A stretch of 63,365 bases of DNA, the filler included, from Licmophora abbreviata (lineage: Eukaryota), in assembly GCA_900291995.1 (NCBI GenBank). It is 7 parts of 7 records of this genome, joined end to end, with 100 filler letters (N's around TTAATTAATTAA, not from the genome) between each part and the next. Parts side by side here need not be neighbours in the genome. Positions count along the whole stretch, not along the records: positions 25,224 to 41,231 come from OLMU01000612.1; positions 41,332 to 43,850 come from OLMU01000613.1; positions 43,951 to 50,856 come from OLMU01000615.1; 4 more parts are not named here. The stretch is one strand, 5' to 3'. This document shows, piece after piece, positions 32,224 to 43,964 of this stretch. The notes under the pieces were generated by a model. It did no database searches. It was not told the DNA's origin and saw only the letters and a program-made list of their open reading frames with translations. Position 1 is the stretch's first letter, and every line of letters begins with the position of its first letter. The translations under genes were made by a program, and so were the position numbers.

Positions 32224-32791
32224 GAAGAAGGAAGCTTCCTGTTTCAAGTATACGCACTTTCAAATGGGAGCAAGCGTGCTTTCCTCGATCGCAACAAGAC
32301 CACCGATTTTACCATGTGTGTCTCATCGTCTGACGAAGACGAAAACACCGCCGCGAACCCGCGCCTACATGAATTTTTTGGAAGCACGCCCGGCGCTTTG
32401 TTTGATGCATATACAAGTCCACATGGTGGAATACATATTAAGTGCTCCTGAGAACCGAGTAGAGACGTCACCTTCTGAGTCCCGTTTATTTGGCTTGGTC
32501 TCCGATGATGATGTGATGACGGCACGAATTTCTGACGATGACAGATTGAAGATTTTGTTGTTGACATCACATACCTCCACATTAGAAGTTGACAACACCG
32601 CCGCTGTTTTATTGCTGTCTGGCGTGTTTGATCCTGCCTCAGCTTTCCGACGAGCCCGTGTTATTGTTTTCCTAATCTAGTTCCTTGGCGACCACCATAG
32701 TTTCCTTCGAGCTCACTTTCTTGAAAAGTACGTATACTTCTTGTCAGTTCCGAAATAATTACAAGTGGAAGGCACGACACCCATCATCATC

Positions 32792-34123
32792 ATGGGTCAA
32801 GCTCTTTCGTTGCCAGTCAAGATCGCCAACACTACACTTTCCTACTATGGAGGACTTTTTCATTATCTGTGGGGCGCCGGTCGCAACACCCCTTATCTTT
32901 TAGGCCGAGACTCGACCTTTCCCTACTTGAAGCCGGACCCGAACACTGATACGCAGGAGGATTTGCTCTTCAAGCAGCACGCACGGGTCCACCTCTTCAG
33001 CATGGCCTCTGCCTTCTACCTCTACAACAAGCCTCATTATCGCAAGGGGTCCTATCGGGATGACTTGATTGACAACCTCCGCAATGTGGCAATTCCAGGA
33101 ACGGGCATTCCACTGTCCTTGTTTGTCCGCAGCAGACTCATCGCATTGGGCTTTTGCCTGACGGCCTATCCCGCCGTGAGCTGGGTGGCGTCGCTGCACA
33201 GCTGGATCAAATCCAGCTTCAAGGCCAGTATCACGAAAGAATACGCGACGCGCCTATTGGCCCCAGACGACTGGTTTAGCTACTGGCGTTTGAACTGCAA
33301 TGTCGTGGGATTGCATGCTTACCTTAACGACATGCCCCATGGGTACAACCAAGAAAACAAGTGGACGTTTCTGGAGGAAGGATCCAAGTGCGGCGTTCCG
33401 GTGTCGCCTTTTCTCAAAACACCAGGTATTGTCGTCAAGCATCGTAATGAAGAGGGCGGGATGGGTATATTCTTCTACAAGAATGCTACCGAAGGAGGCG
33501 ACTGGATCATTCAAGAGCGGATTCAAAATAGCGCGTGGGTATCAACACTCTTGCCCTCGAACGCACCGCTCTCTACCTTTCGAGTCATTACGCAGAGCCG
33601 GGCATCGCTGGAAGTGAAGCGTCCGGCATTGAAGGGCGACGTCACGGCCTTGAGTTGTGTGTTCCGTGCCGGGCGTAGAAACGCCGCAACGGATCACGAC
33701 TCGATTCTTTTTGACGTGGATGTCACCACCGGTGCGATTCGTGGAGGCACAACGAATGCTCATTGGTATCGGCTGGGACTACACGAAGTCTTGCCGGGAC
33801 GTTGTCCATGGAGATCCACCCATGGATACACGTACCATCCTGACGACGAAAGTATAATGGTAACAGGAAATACCGTGCCAGACATAAAGGCGATGTTGGC
33901 TTTAGTGGAAGAAAGTCACATGAAGTTGTGTCCGGACGTTCCGTTTGCTGGATGGGATGTAGTACTCAGTGCTGACCCGAAAGTTCCTGTCTGCCTGCTG
34001 GAAGTTAATCTTTCCTGCAATTTCTTCCGGGGAAGCTTCGATAAGAAGGTTTACCTTGACTTTATCGACGACGCATTTGCGCGCCTCCAGTCTCAGCGGT
34101 TGGTTGCCGATGCTAGAGGTTGA
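32792..34123 (+). CDS. ATP-grasp-fold protein (sugar-transfer-associated ATP-grasp-like), function unknown
   Basis: VVKHRNEEGGMGI, WIIQERI, LSTFRVIT, VFRAGR, FAGWDVVL, LLEVN; start MGQALS. Confidence 0.7.
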   Translation: MGQALSLPVKIANTTLSYYGGLFHYLWGAGRNTPYLLGRDSTFPYLKPDPNTDTQEDLLFKQHARVHLFSMASAFYLYNKPHYRKGSYRDDLIDNLRNVAIPGTGIPLSLFVRSRLIALGFCLTAYPAVSWVASLHSWIKSSFKASITKEYATRLLAPDDWFSYWRLNCNVVGLHAYLNDMPHGYNQENKWTFLEEGSKCGVPVSPFLKTPGIVVKHRNEEGGMGIFFYKNATEGGDWIIQERIQNSAWVSTLLPSNAPLSTFRVITQSRASLEVKRPALKGDVTALSCVFRAGRRNAATDHDSILFDVDVTTGAIRGGTTNAHWYRLGLHEVLPGRCPWRSTHGYTYHPDDESIMVTGNTVPDIKAMLALVEESHMKLCPDVPFAGWDVVLSADPKVPVCLLEVNLSCNFFRGSFDKKVYLDFIDDAFARLQSQRLVADARG

Positions 34124-34314
34124 TTCGATTCGGTGCGCATGGTGCGAACGGGCAGCTCTTGATGGATTTGGCACCTTCCTTATCGACTCGGGGAATGTAC
34201 AAGATTGAGAAGCAAGAGACTAGATAAAAACACTATTATTACACAGAGACATGACACGCTTTGTCAGCATTAAAGTGGTTTTAGTCATTGGGGCGTCAAG
34301 CATCAGCGACTTAG

Positions 34315-37300
34315 CTAAATGTTGTAAAGAGTCTCCTCTTGCTGTTCATCGCCACTTTCCTCAAACATTGGACGATCGTCGTCGACAACCTGTTCATACT
34401 TTACAACTTGAGGAGCTGGCTCTCGTCCCTCGCGTTGTTTGACCCATCCATCCTTAGGCGGGAACGGGGAGCGCTCAGTGTCGGGGGCAGAATAGAAATC
34501 CCGGTCTTGGTTCGTACCCGGCGTCACTGTACTCGGGACGATCGAAATGAACCAGTGTCTGGAGTCATTGCTGACGGAACACCGAAACATCGACACTACC
34601 TCGGGCTTTCCATTTATAACGGTCCGCTTGGAATACTTGCAAGCACCATCAAAATCTTGAGTGTGCGTGTACTCACCATTCAATTCGTGGGTTCCTGCGC
34701 CTACCACCACGTATGATTCGCCATTCGGGCCACCCCTTGACTCCTCGTCGTCGCCATCGTCGTCTGAGTCATGCATCCGATGCACGCCCGAGTCAGCGTG
34801 GGCGTTGCTGTCGAGCCGGGCCCCGCGGCTATCAACTTCGCGTCTCGGAAAGTCTCCCCGAGCATCATGGTTCACTCTTGTGGGCTCGTTGCCATGAAGG
34901 TCGTTTTCCATCCACTTCCAGTGGCGCAGATTGGATTCCTGGAACAACCATTCCCGCACAGCTGTTACGTTGCTAACAAGATCACGAACCACGTCCAGAT
35001 ACCGGTTGTATGGGTTCATTTGATACTGGGAGTAGCGCTGATCCCTACGTTGCAGCTCGTACAAAGTCTTTGAGGCCTCGAGGAGCCCCACAGGAATGTT
35101 GGCTCGGCTTCCAGCCTGTGCCTGACTCAGCATCACAGTAGAGATTCTTTCAGCTTGGCGATCATCGGGGATAGTGCAAAGAACAACAAGAGTCTACAAA
35201 AAATGAAGACACGAGTACACATTAGAGAGAGCATGGTAAAAACCCACAAAAGTGATCAACAGCATAGACGTACCAAACGGGCCACGCGGGCATCATGATT
35301 GACGTTCCAAGTTGGGGGCGCGTGAAATAAACGTCTCAATGCATCTTCGATCAGCTCGCGCGAGTCTCGCTTGTACGCCAAGTAGGCTAGCAAGTGCTCC
35401 GCCAGCGGCTCAGAGGCGGCGTATGCGAGATAGAAGAAAGTGTACGATTCAAGTCCAGCGTCGACAAGACCAAGATCTGGGCGGCCCTGCTTTTCGTAGA
35501 CAAATGCCATGTCCCTAGCTACGCTCTCGGTAGGGTTGAGGAATACCGTTTCGTCTTCCACCTCTTTAAAGATCGCTCGCTCGGAGCGCCTTGAAAGATC
35601 TGGTCTATACCCACAAGCATTCAATTCCATCCGTACCTAAAGAGAAATAATTGGTCGAAGGTTAGGTTAAGAAAGCAGAGTACGATGCCGATCACATAGC
35701 AAGGACGTACCCTGTCTTCGTTCGTGTGTGACATTTCACGATAGAACCCAAGAAAACCTTCAAGCGTTAAGCGAGAGTTTTTCTTAAAGTAGTCAATCTT
35801 CTGCTTCGGGAGAGACGAAGAGTCCATGCCACACCTTGCGATGTACCTATCCATCTCTTGCTTTGTCATTCCCTCTTCAGGGTTCGAACACGCCTCCTGA
35901 AAAATCGTCTTAAACGCAGAAACGGCTAAGTCAGTCAGCATGAAAGCAGCTCGCCCGCGCGTGGAATCCTCGCTTCCAATAATCAGTTGACCGTGGATCG
36001 CCCCTGGCATCTTTGCAAGACTGCCGAATGCTTCAAAAAGAAAGAAGTAGTCCGATGGAGCGGGATGGCCTCCAGACACACTTCGAGGACCAACGTCGGC
36101 CGATCCTGGCAATTGGTTTGTGCCCATCGGCATAAGATGCGTGGTCGGACTCGTCTCGATCCGAACCTGCGTATCAGTGGCTTCATAAGAGACAGTAGCG
36201 CCAGGAAATTTTAATCTGAGCTCTGTAGGAGCCCTGCCACGAAGGACGAGAGCTAACAATCGTGCGGGAACCTGCGCTTCAACCAATGCAGTCTGGAGGC
36301 TACTTCTTCCCACACCGCCTCCGGGAAGTGCAAGGTCCCGCAGTAGAATGCAAAGCTCAGCATTGTAACGCCAAGTTCGAGGACCCGCCTCCAAAAGAGT
36401 GGTCAGGTACGACACCAGCTTTCCAATCGCGGAGCCATTGCCTCTGGAGATGGATTCCAGGTCCTCTAGTGTACTCTTACTTCCTTCAAGTTTCGTTGGG
36501 AGCGAAAGGTTGTCAGAGACATTGGAAACCTGCTCACGACACGCCTCCGACCAACGCAGTAGCTCGACATTCTCTTCTTCGACCGAGGAGCAAGACTTGA
36601 TAGCAGCGGCGAAGATTCGCAGCGCGGTCAGGCGGGACTGCCGATCCGGGCAATCAGATAAGTAGGTCTTCAGCCAATTTGGACTTACGGTTGTGGTCCG
36701 CCTGGCCAAGTCGTGAACGAACATCCTGGCGCACTCGCGGTCCGATATGAGGACGTCTGACAACATGTCGGTCCATTCGCTAAGGAAAGACTTCTCCGCT
36801 GAGTACAACAGAACGTCGAGGACAAAACGAAGAAGCATCTGAATAACAGGGCCCTGCCAAGAAGGATCAGATACAGGGGACGACTCCATTCGATCACTGG
36901 GTGGCATAGTGGAGCGACAAATCCCCAGTAAGCCTTTCAGAAAGTTGTGAAATTCCCCGTCGAAAAGAAATGTCTGCCACTTCTGAGTTGCATTCGAGCG
37001 TTGGACATCCGGTTCGAAAGCGTCGTATCCACTCGTCTTTTGGACTTCGACATCCTTCCCAGAAATTCGCGGCCCCTCACCCTCTCCGTATTCAACTTGT
37101 TGATCACTGCGCTTGACTTTTTCATAGAAAAGCATCAGTGCATTAGCAAACTGCTCGCTCTCGACTGCGTGAACTTGTCCCGTATGAATTTTTGTTTCCC
37201 TCTTGACCTTGCCGCCGAAGCATTCTGCCTCAATCGACGTTGGATCGAAAGGTGTGACGTCTTCATCGTCAAATCGGTACCACTTGTCACCATCCGTCCC

Positions 37301-40300
37301 GCCCGTAGGGGTTCGATCTCTGATGAAACTGTAGTAGTGACCGCCTTGAGCTACTCCCGCGTGGACAAGCACTCCAGCAAGCCTGTATTCGTAATCCTCG
37401 TCGGGAAGAGAACTCAACGGGTCGGCGGGGTCTACAACTCTATCATCGTCCGTGTCCATGGGCGATGGATCTTCCTTCTCTTCCTCTGTCGCGCCATCAA
37501 GCGCTTCAATGCCTTCAAGCGTGTAACCTTTCATATTCAACGTCTGCCCAAAGGCGCAACGGCTGTTCAGCTTCACAGTTTCAAACGTGTTGTAGTCTAA
37601 GTCGAAACGCTTGAGCGAGAGGATAAGCATATCTGGCAATGCTGAGATGGCAGTCTTGAGCACCGTATCAGTGTTCTTCTTGCATCGATCACAGAACACT
37701 TTATTGCTTCCTTCCATATGCTCAACTTCGCACATGGCGGACAAGGCTTCGTGAATGTCTGTCTTTCCGCGAATCTGACAATCAATGCTCATTAGATTTT
37801 CCTCTCGCTTCGTCTGCAACAAAGAACGAAGAGGGGCAAACGTCGATGATTTTTAGAGCTTGTCGGAGCAGCGAGCATCCACAACTTCAAGTCGCTTACC
37901 TTCAGACCACATTCCTCGCAAATCTTTAGCTTTGTCTGTTTTAGTCCGAACGTATGGTCGAGATAACGAAAGTGTCCCGGGGCCCACTTTTTGAGTGCAA
38001 TTTCCATTCGATCCAGCAGCTTCATCGCGAACTCAGAAGCGTCGTTTTGTTGCCAGACATCAAACTCTAGTTTCAAGCAATTGCAGGCTTCTACGAGCGC
38101 ACGAGGGTCAAAACATCGACCACGAGATCCCTCGTCTAAGTGGATGAATGTGCGCTGCACTTCTTCTAGCAAATGGCGAGACGACGTCTGGTCTTCGGAT
38201 TCGTCCATGCCATCAGGTCCGTCCGCCTTGGCAAGGATTCTTTCGCTAGTATTCTCACCAGAGTTGTCTGTCATGATATCCTCCACTACCTCAAATACGC
38301 CGGTTTCTTTCCCTGGCCTCCCTTCCGACAAAATAAATTCGTCAGGAAGCTCAGGGGGGATCCGAGCAATTTCGTCTGGTGTCACTTGATGATGAGCCGC
38401 CCCTCCCACTGACGCAACCTCCATGCGACAATACCGAATTGTATGCATTCTCGTTTCATCGTCGAAACCTTCCACTACGGCATCGTAAGAAATTCCACTT
38501 TCCCATTGGAGGGATATGGTCTTCCCAATAAGGTCGGTGCCTTTGGCGAATGAACCGCCGGCTGTGCGAAGGAAGGCCGGCAATGGAGCTGCGCACATGG
38601 CTTTTCGAAGATCAGGCATCATGAACAGCTGCTGAAGAAAGGAGTTCATATAGCATGTACATCCTTGGTTTCGGAGACCTGAATACCGCGCAGTGTTACG
38701 CATGGTCCTGGAATGGCCGATGTCGACGGCTCCCTGCTGCCCCCATCGATGACGAAGGAAGGGCGCCGCCGAGCCAATAATAGCGCTAATCTTGTGAACG
38801 AGGGCAGAGTACCCGTCATACCCCCGACAGGCTTTAGCAGCCGCGGTGATGACCTCGAAACCCAGTCGTCGAGACTCACGGTCGCAACATATCGAAATGG
38901 ACGACAATGAATCGCACGGAGAGAGGAATCCATCAAAGATTGCGCCAATCAGGTCGACAAGTGTAGCATCACCATTCGACTGAAACGTGGAAGAAACTAT
39001 TGACAGAACACCTCGAGAAGCATTGAGCTCCGACCAGCGTGGAGTGGTGATCTTGAGTAGCAGAGAGCTCGTTCCTTTCCGGAGAGCAGGGCCGCCGCCA
39101 TGCTCAATAATTGCTTTAAGAAGCTTCAAACAATCGCAGAGAACCCCTGTAGAGAAATCAATCAGTGAATTGTCGCTGGTCGGCCGAGGATAGGATGCCA
39201 ACTTCTTGCAGACAGCTGTACCAAGCTTCAATAAGTCACCTGGTGACGCACTGACCGGTGTTCCGGCGTCTGGGGTGTCTCCGATAGGGACGGCGACGAT
39301 ATTTCTGAGTACGTCGAAGTATTCGCTGGTGGAGTCAGATGTGACGTTGACTTCATCCATCGCCTGAATGAGCCAGGGAAGTGCGTGCCTACCCAGCGCT
39401 GGAATCCGGAGGACGAGATCGTGCATTTCTTTCCGTATGCTTAAGGCTGAACCAACGCTCGAACTAGTCTGCGATATCTCCGATCCAGCATCCCACAGCA
39501 GCAACGTGATCAGAAACTTCTCCGCCAATTTTTCTGGCAGCGCAACAAACGTCTCGGTCGTGTGCGGAAACTGGAGTAATAACAAAAGAAATTTTTGAAC
39601 ATCGGCAATCGTCGAACTTGATATGCCCTCATCATCCACTACCATAGCTGTAAGGCTTCTCATGAGGCCTCCAGAATCAGGAAGATTCTGTAGCAGCCGA
39701 GTTCCAGGTTCGTCTCTCTCACGGATACCGTCTTCAGAAATTGGCGCCAGAACTTCGTTGCCAAACAGGCAGCACTTCAAAATGCGCAGCGCCACGGCAT
39801 TTCCCATCCGGCTTTCGCTCTGCTGGTAAGCTTGGACCTCTCCAGTTGTGGCAAAAAATCGTGCAACAGCGTCGAATCCACCGGACGCAATGAATCCTTT
39901 GCGAAACTGGGAGGCATCGAGGTGCATAGTCTTGCACAGAGTTTCCTTTTGATCGGGCGCGACACTAGAGAGGACTTCAGGTGCTGGCTGCAGCAACGCG
40001 TCAATGACTTGCATCACGTAGACGGAACCATGAAAAACCTTCTTGTCAAGGAGATCCGCCCATAGCTCTTGCGGAGAATCGACAACCATGGCATCTGGAT
40101 CATTCTCGGGTTCACCCACTTCCCGATTAATTGTGCGCTGAATACTTTCTAGAATCGACTGGTTCGTCGGCATGGCAAAAAGTAGATCCCAGATCAACTT
40201 GTGGCTGTCAACAATAGCGTGAACGGAACCTGTTTTCTTTTTGTCTGCTTTGCGCCAGGGAAGCAGAGCTAAAATATCAAGGAGCATGTCGAAAAGTTGA

Positions 40301-43300
40301 ATTGAAAATTGGCTCTCACTGCCTACGAAGATGTCACTCATACCGAACCCAGCTCTCGGACCTTTGCCTTCCACTGCAGTGCTCTTCTGCTGGGCATTGT
40401 TGTCGGTTAGCACGAAGACCATCTCGCAGCCGTGCACGACGCCTAGATCATCCATGATGGAACTGTCAGGAGAAACGCCGAGACTCATCTGAGACGCATC
40501 GCCACCCGGTGATCGCATCCCTGTCCCTGCTAGCCTGCCACTTATTGAGACAGGTAGCACAGCTCTCACAGGGCACTGGCAGTTTCGAGCAACTTTCTCC
40601 TTGACAGACAGAAGAGTCTCCAGAGGATGCACGTTGACAATAAATCGATCCATTGACGCCGACTTAGGCTTAACTGGTGCCCCTGGTGCTCCTTCCCGCC
40701 CATCCGGCATAAGCTGGACAGGCCCATGAGACGAAGCATTCGAAGCGTTGGGGGTTCGCCTCACCAATACGCCGACTCTTCGGTAAGAAGACTGGCCTCT
40801 CATGCCATGAGGGAGAAGCGACATGGCATCCGATAAGCTAGCGTCTTGCTTGAGGGTTGCTAATGATGCAACAGCGGATGCCGTGATCGTCGAAGTGTTG
40901 GTGCCGTCATGACCAATGGCCTCGTTCAGAATCCGGAGTAGCCGCTCTGCTTTCCTTTCGGACGCGACGTCTCCAGATTCAAGGCCCGTTTTCACACCGC
41001 TGAGAATGTCAAAAACTCTTTGACCGAAATCTTCTTCTGGGGAAAGGATTGCAGGTGACATCTTCTCAGAGCCAGGTCCAGGCATACCAAGAGCCCATGC
41101 TCCTTGACGCTTCCTCGCCGCCATAGACGAGTAAACGGCTAGAACGTCTTTCATAGCTTTTGAGGCCACAGAGTCGTTCCCCGCTTCCAAGCAGATTCGC
41201 CACAACGCATCAAGAGCAAGTCTGTTAACATNNNNNNNNNNNNNNNNNNNNNNNNNNNNNNNNNNNNNNNNNNNNTTAATTAATTAANNNNNNNNNNNNN
41301 NNNNNNNNNNNNNNNNNNNNNNNNNNNNNNNCATCAAGAGCAAGTCTGTTAACATCCACGGTTGCAACAGGGAGTTGCTGCATTGACCTGTACATTTGCT
41401 GAAAACTAGTATAGCTGCCCTCGCCCAGCTCACCCCACTTTACAGACGAGGAGCAGAAGAGATCCAAGAATGCAGCAGTCCGCACATCATCCACGAGCGC
41501 AGCGGCTATCACTTCACGGGATTGGTTCGGCAATACTTGGTTCTGGTGCGACAGCGGTACCACTAGATTCTGTTGATGCTGCAACGCAGGCGGTTCGATA
41601 GCGGTGGGAGATCCATATTTCAAGAATGGCATCGTACTCGAAGCGCTCGCAATAAAGATCATTAGATCCTCTTGATCAGAAGGAATGCTGCAGAGATTCC
41701 AGAGATGCTTGAGCTGCTCGAGGCTGAGAGTTACCAGATCGCTCACCCCATATGAGTATCGCAAGATCTTCAACCGTTCAGACATGGCAGCTCTCCCATC
41801 ATACTTGGTATCGCCATTTCCGGTCTAGAATGACAGCGCGGACGGAAAACACAACGTAAGAGGCATCTCATTCGTCCAAAAAGAGAGATATATACGTAAA
41901 TATAAAAACTTACTCTCTTTTGCATCGACGAAAGATTCAGCTCCGCGGTGCGTCTTGTTATGTACGCGGTCAGCTCATCAAAGATCAGCCGCGCTAAAGC
42001 ACCGTGATTTGTCGACACTAGTCTTTCGGCCTGCTCACGGGGACATGCTTCGAGAACGAAATGAGTCAACTGCACCATCCGCAACGCAAGCGCTTCATCA
42101 ATGGGGCCATCGCGTCGCGTAGAGTCGGAAGATAGAGCTGTTCGACACGTATCCAAGAAGTTTTCTCTGTGGACGCTGCCCATGGGTTCTACTTTGAGTT
42201 CGTTCCGCACGTAGCCTTTCAGGTTCTCGTAGGACTTCAACGAGGAAGCATCGGGGTGAGTCAAGACCGCCCAAAGAAGCTTCAATACCTCGGTGCGTAC
42301 TTGATCGGAGAGGACCGATGTAGTATCACCGTGCGGAGGGTGCCTCGCACCCCTTGCTGGAGCTGTTGCGAGGACGCTGCAGAATTCAGCCACTTCTGAA
42401 AGGTAATCGCGCTTCATATTCTTGGACTGCAGCGACGTCTGCACTGCGTGCAGTAGTGTGATCGCCAATGCGTTGGGTAAGGACGGCAGAATAGAGACCA
42501 AAAGTCGGTACACCTCATCGGAAATAGCTTCATCAGCGTTACTCGTGCACGTCTTCCAGGCAAGGAGTAAGTGCGAGCTCTGCAAGCAGAACACATTCGG
42601 AGTACCGACCAAATCTGTCAGAGTTTTGTCTCGTTCGCACATGGATGCAAGAAACTTAATCAACGGAGTCGACCTTGCCACAATCTCTCGATGGAGCGAG
42701 TCACCCAAGACATCTTCAATGATTCCATTCTCGATGGCCCATCGCGCCAGTTGGTGCTCTAAAGTATTGTATTCTTCGCCAGGTGGAACCATGATACCCT
42801 TGTCTTGCAACGTCGGTGGCGGCATAACACCGTTCTTCGCACACGCTACCCAGTTCGCCGGAGGTGGCTGTCTTTCCTCGTGCTCCTGTGACTTGTGCTG
42901 ATAATAGTCGATATCGCGATCCGTCCCTGGCTGCTGCTTATCGGCTTCCGACAAGAACCACCACTTTTGCTGAGAACGCATGGTACAACGAAACAAAGTC
43001 AGACTCTTGCCACCGCCGTCCGCCTCCGCCTCAGGAATATTGCGAATGTATTTCACATCTTCTCCGGCAATTGAAAAGCCATCGGATGTGACGGGACCAT
43101 GGAAGACATATTCGCCATTACAAAACGTGCGACCTGCTCCCGACACGAGGTAGCTTCGAGGAGGGGGACGATGGAACAAGCCGGCTTCGATAAGATCATT
43201 CATCTGTTCCCATCCAAAGAGCTTGAGTGGTAGACTCTGGGACGTGATGAGCTTGAGAGTGAGCGCACGCCAGAATTCATAAAATGCATCCGCCTCCTTC

Positions 43301-43850
43301 CGGTGGTCGCCCATCAATGCATCGAAAATTCGTTGCAACACGACGCGTACTGCGTGAAGCATGTCTTGCGGCAACTTCTTGAGGTCGTCGGTGCACGCCG
43401 AAAGGTAGCCAATGGTCGCCTGACAGATTATAATGGCATCGGGCTCCAAGTCCTTCTTTTGTTGAGCAGTAGTGCCACGTGCAACTAAACAGTCGTGAAC
43501 AGCCACGAGCACATGCTGGACGTTTTCGAGACTCGGAAACTGTGAACTGGAATAGCGAGTCCGCATGTAGTCGGCGAGGAGTACCAGTCCATTTTCAGCA
43601 CGAAACTTTTCTAGGAGATCGAGTCGCACTTCGGGTAGTCCCGACATGTGATTGCCACCCCAATTTCCTTTGTGGCCCCTGTAATACGTCTTCTTCTTTG
43701 TCAGTATCATGGCGAGGACATCCAAGAGCTTTGAGTGGCCATTGCGATGGATCTGGATCCGAAGGTCCTTGGCAATAATGTGAATTGCAAAAGCAAGACT
43801 TTCTTCCACACAGGTGCGCTCCATCTGGCCAATCTTTCCGGGCTGCTGTT
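34315..43850 (-). CDS. Very large multi-exon ubiquitin-specific protease (USP9/24/34-like); 5' end in gap
   Basis: Cys box GLRNQGCTCYMNSFLQQLF, QQNDASEF, LKRFD, His box GVLVHAGVAQGGHYYSFI, KWYRFDD. Consecutive same-strand ORFs are joined by introns and across the 41232 spacer. Confidence 0.9.
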
Positions 43851-43964
43851 NNNNNNNNNNNNNNNNNNNNNNNNNNNNNNNNNNNNNNNNNNNNTTAATT
43901 AATTAANNNNNNNNNNNNNNNNNNNNNNNNNNNNNNNNNNNNNNNNNNNNACATGATATCCCAG

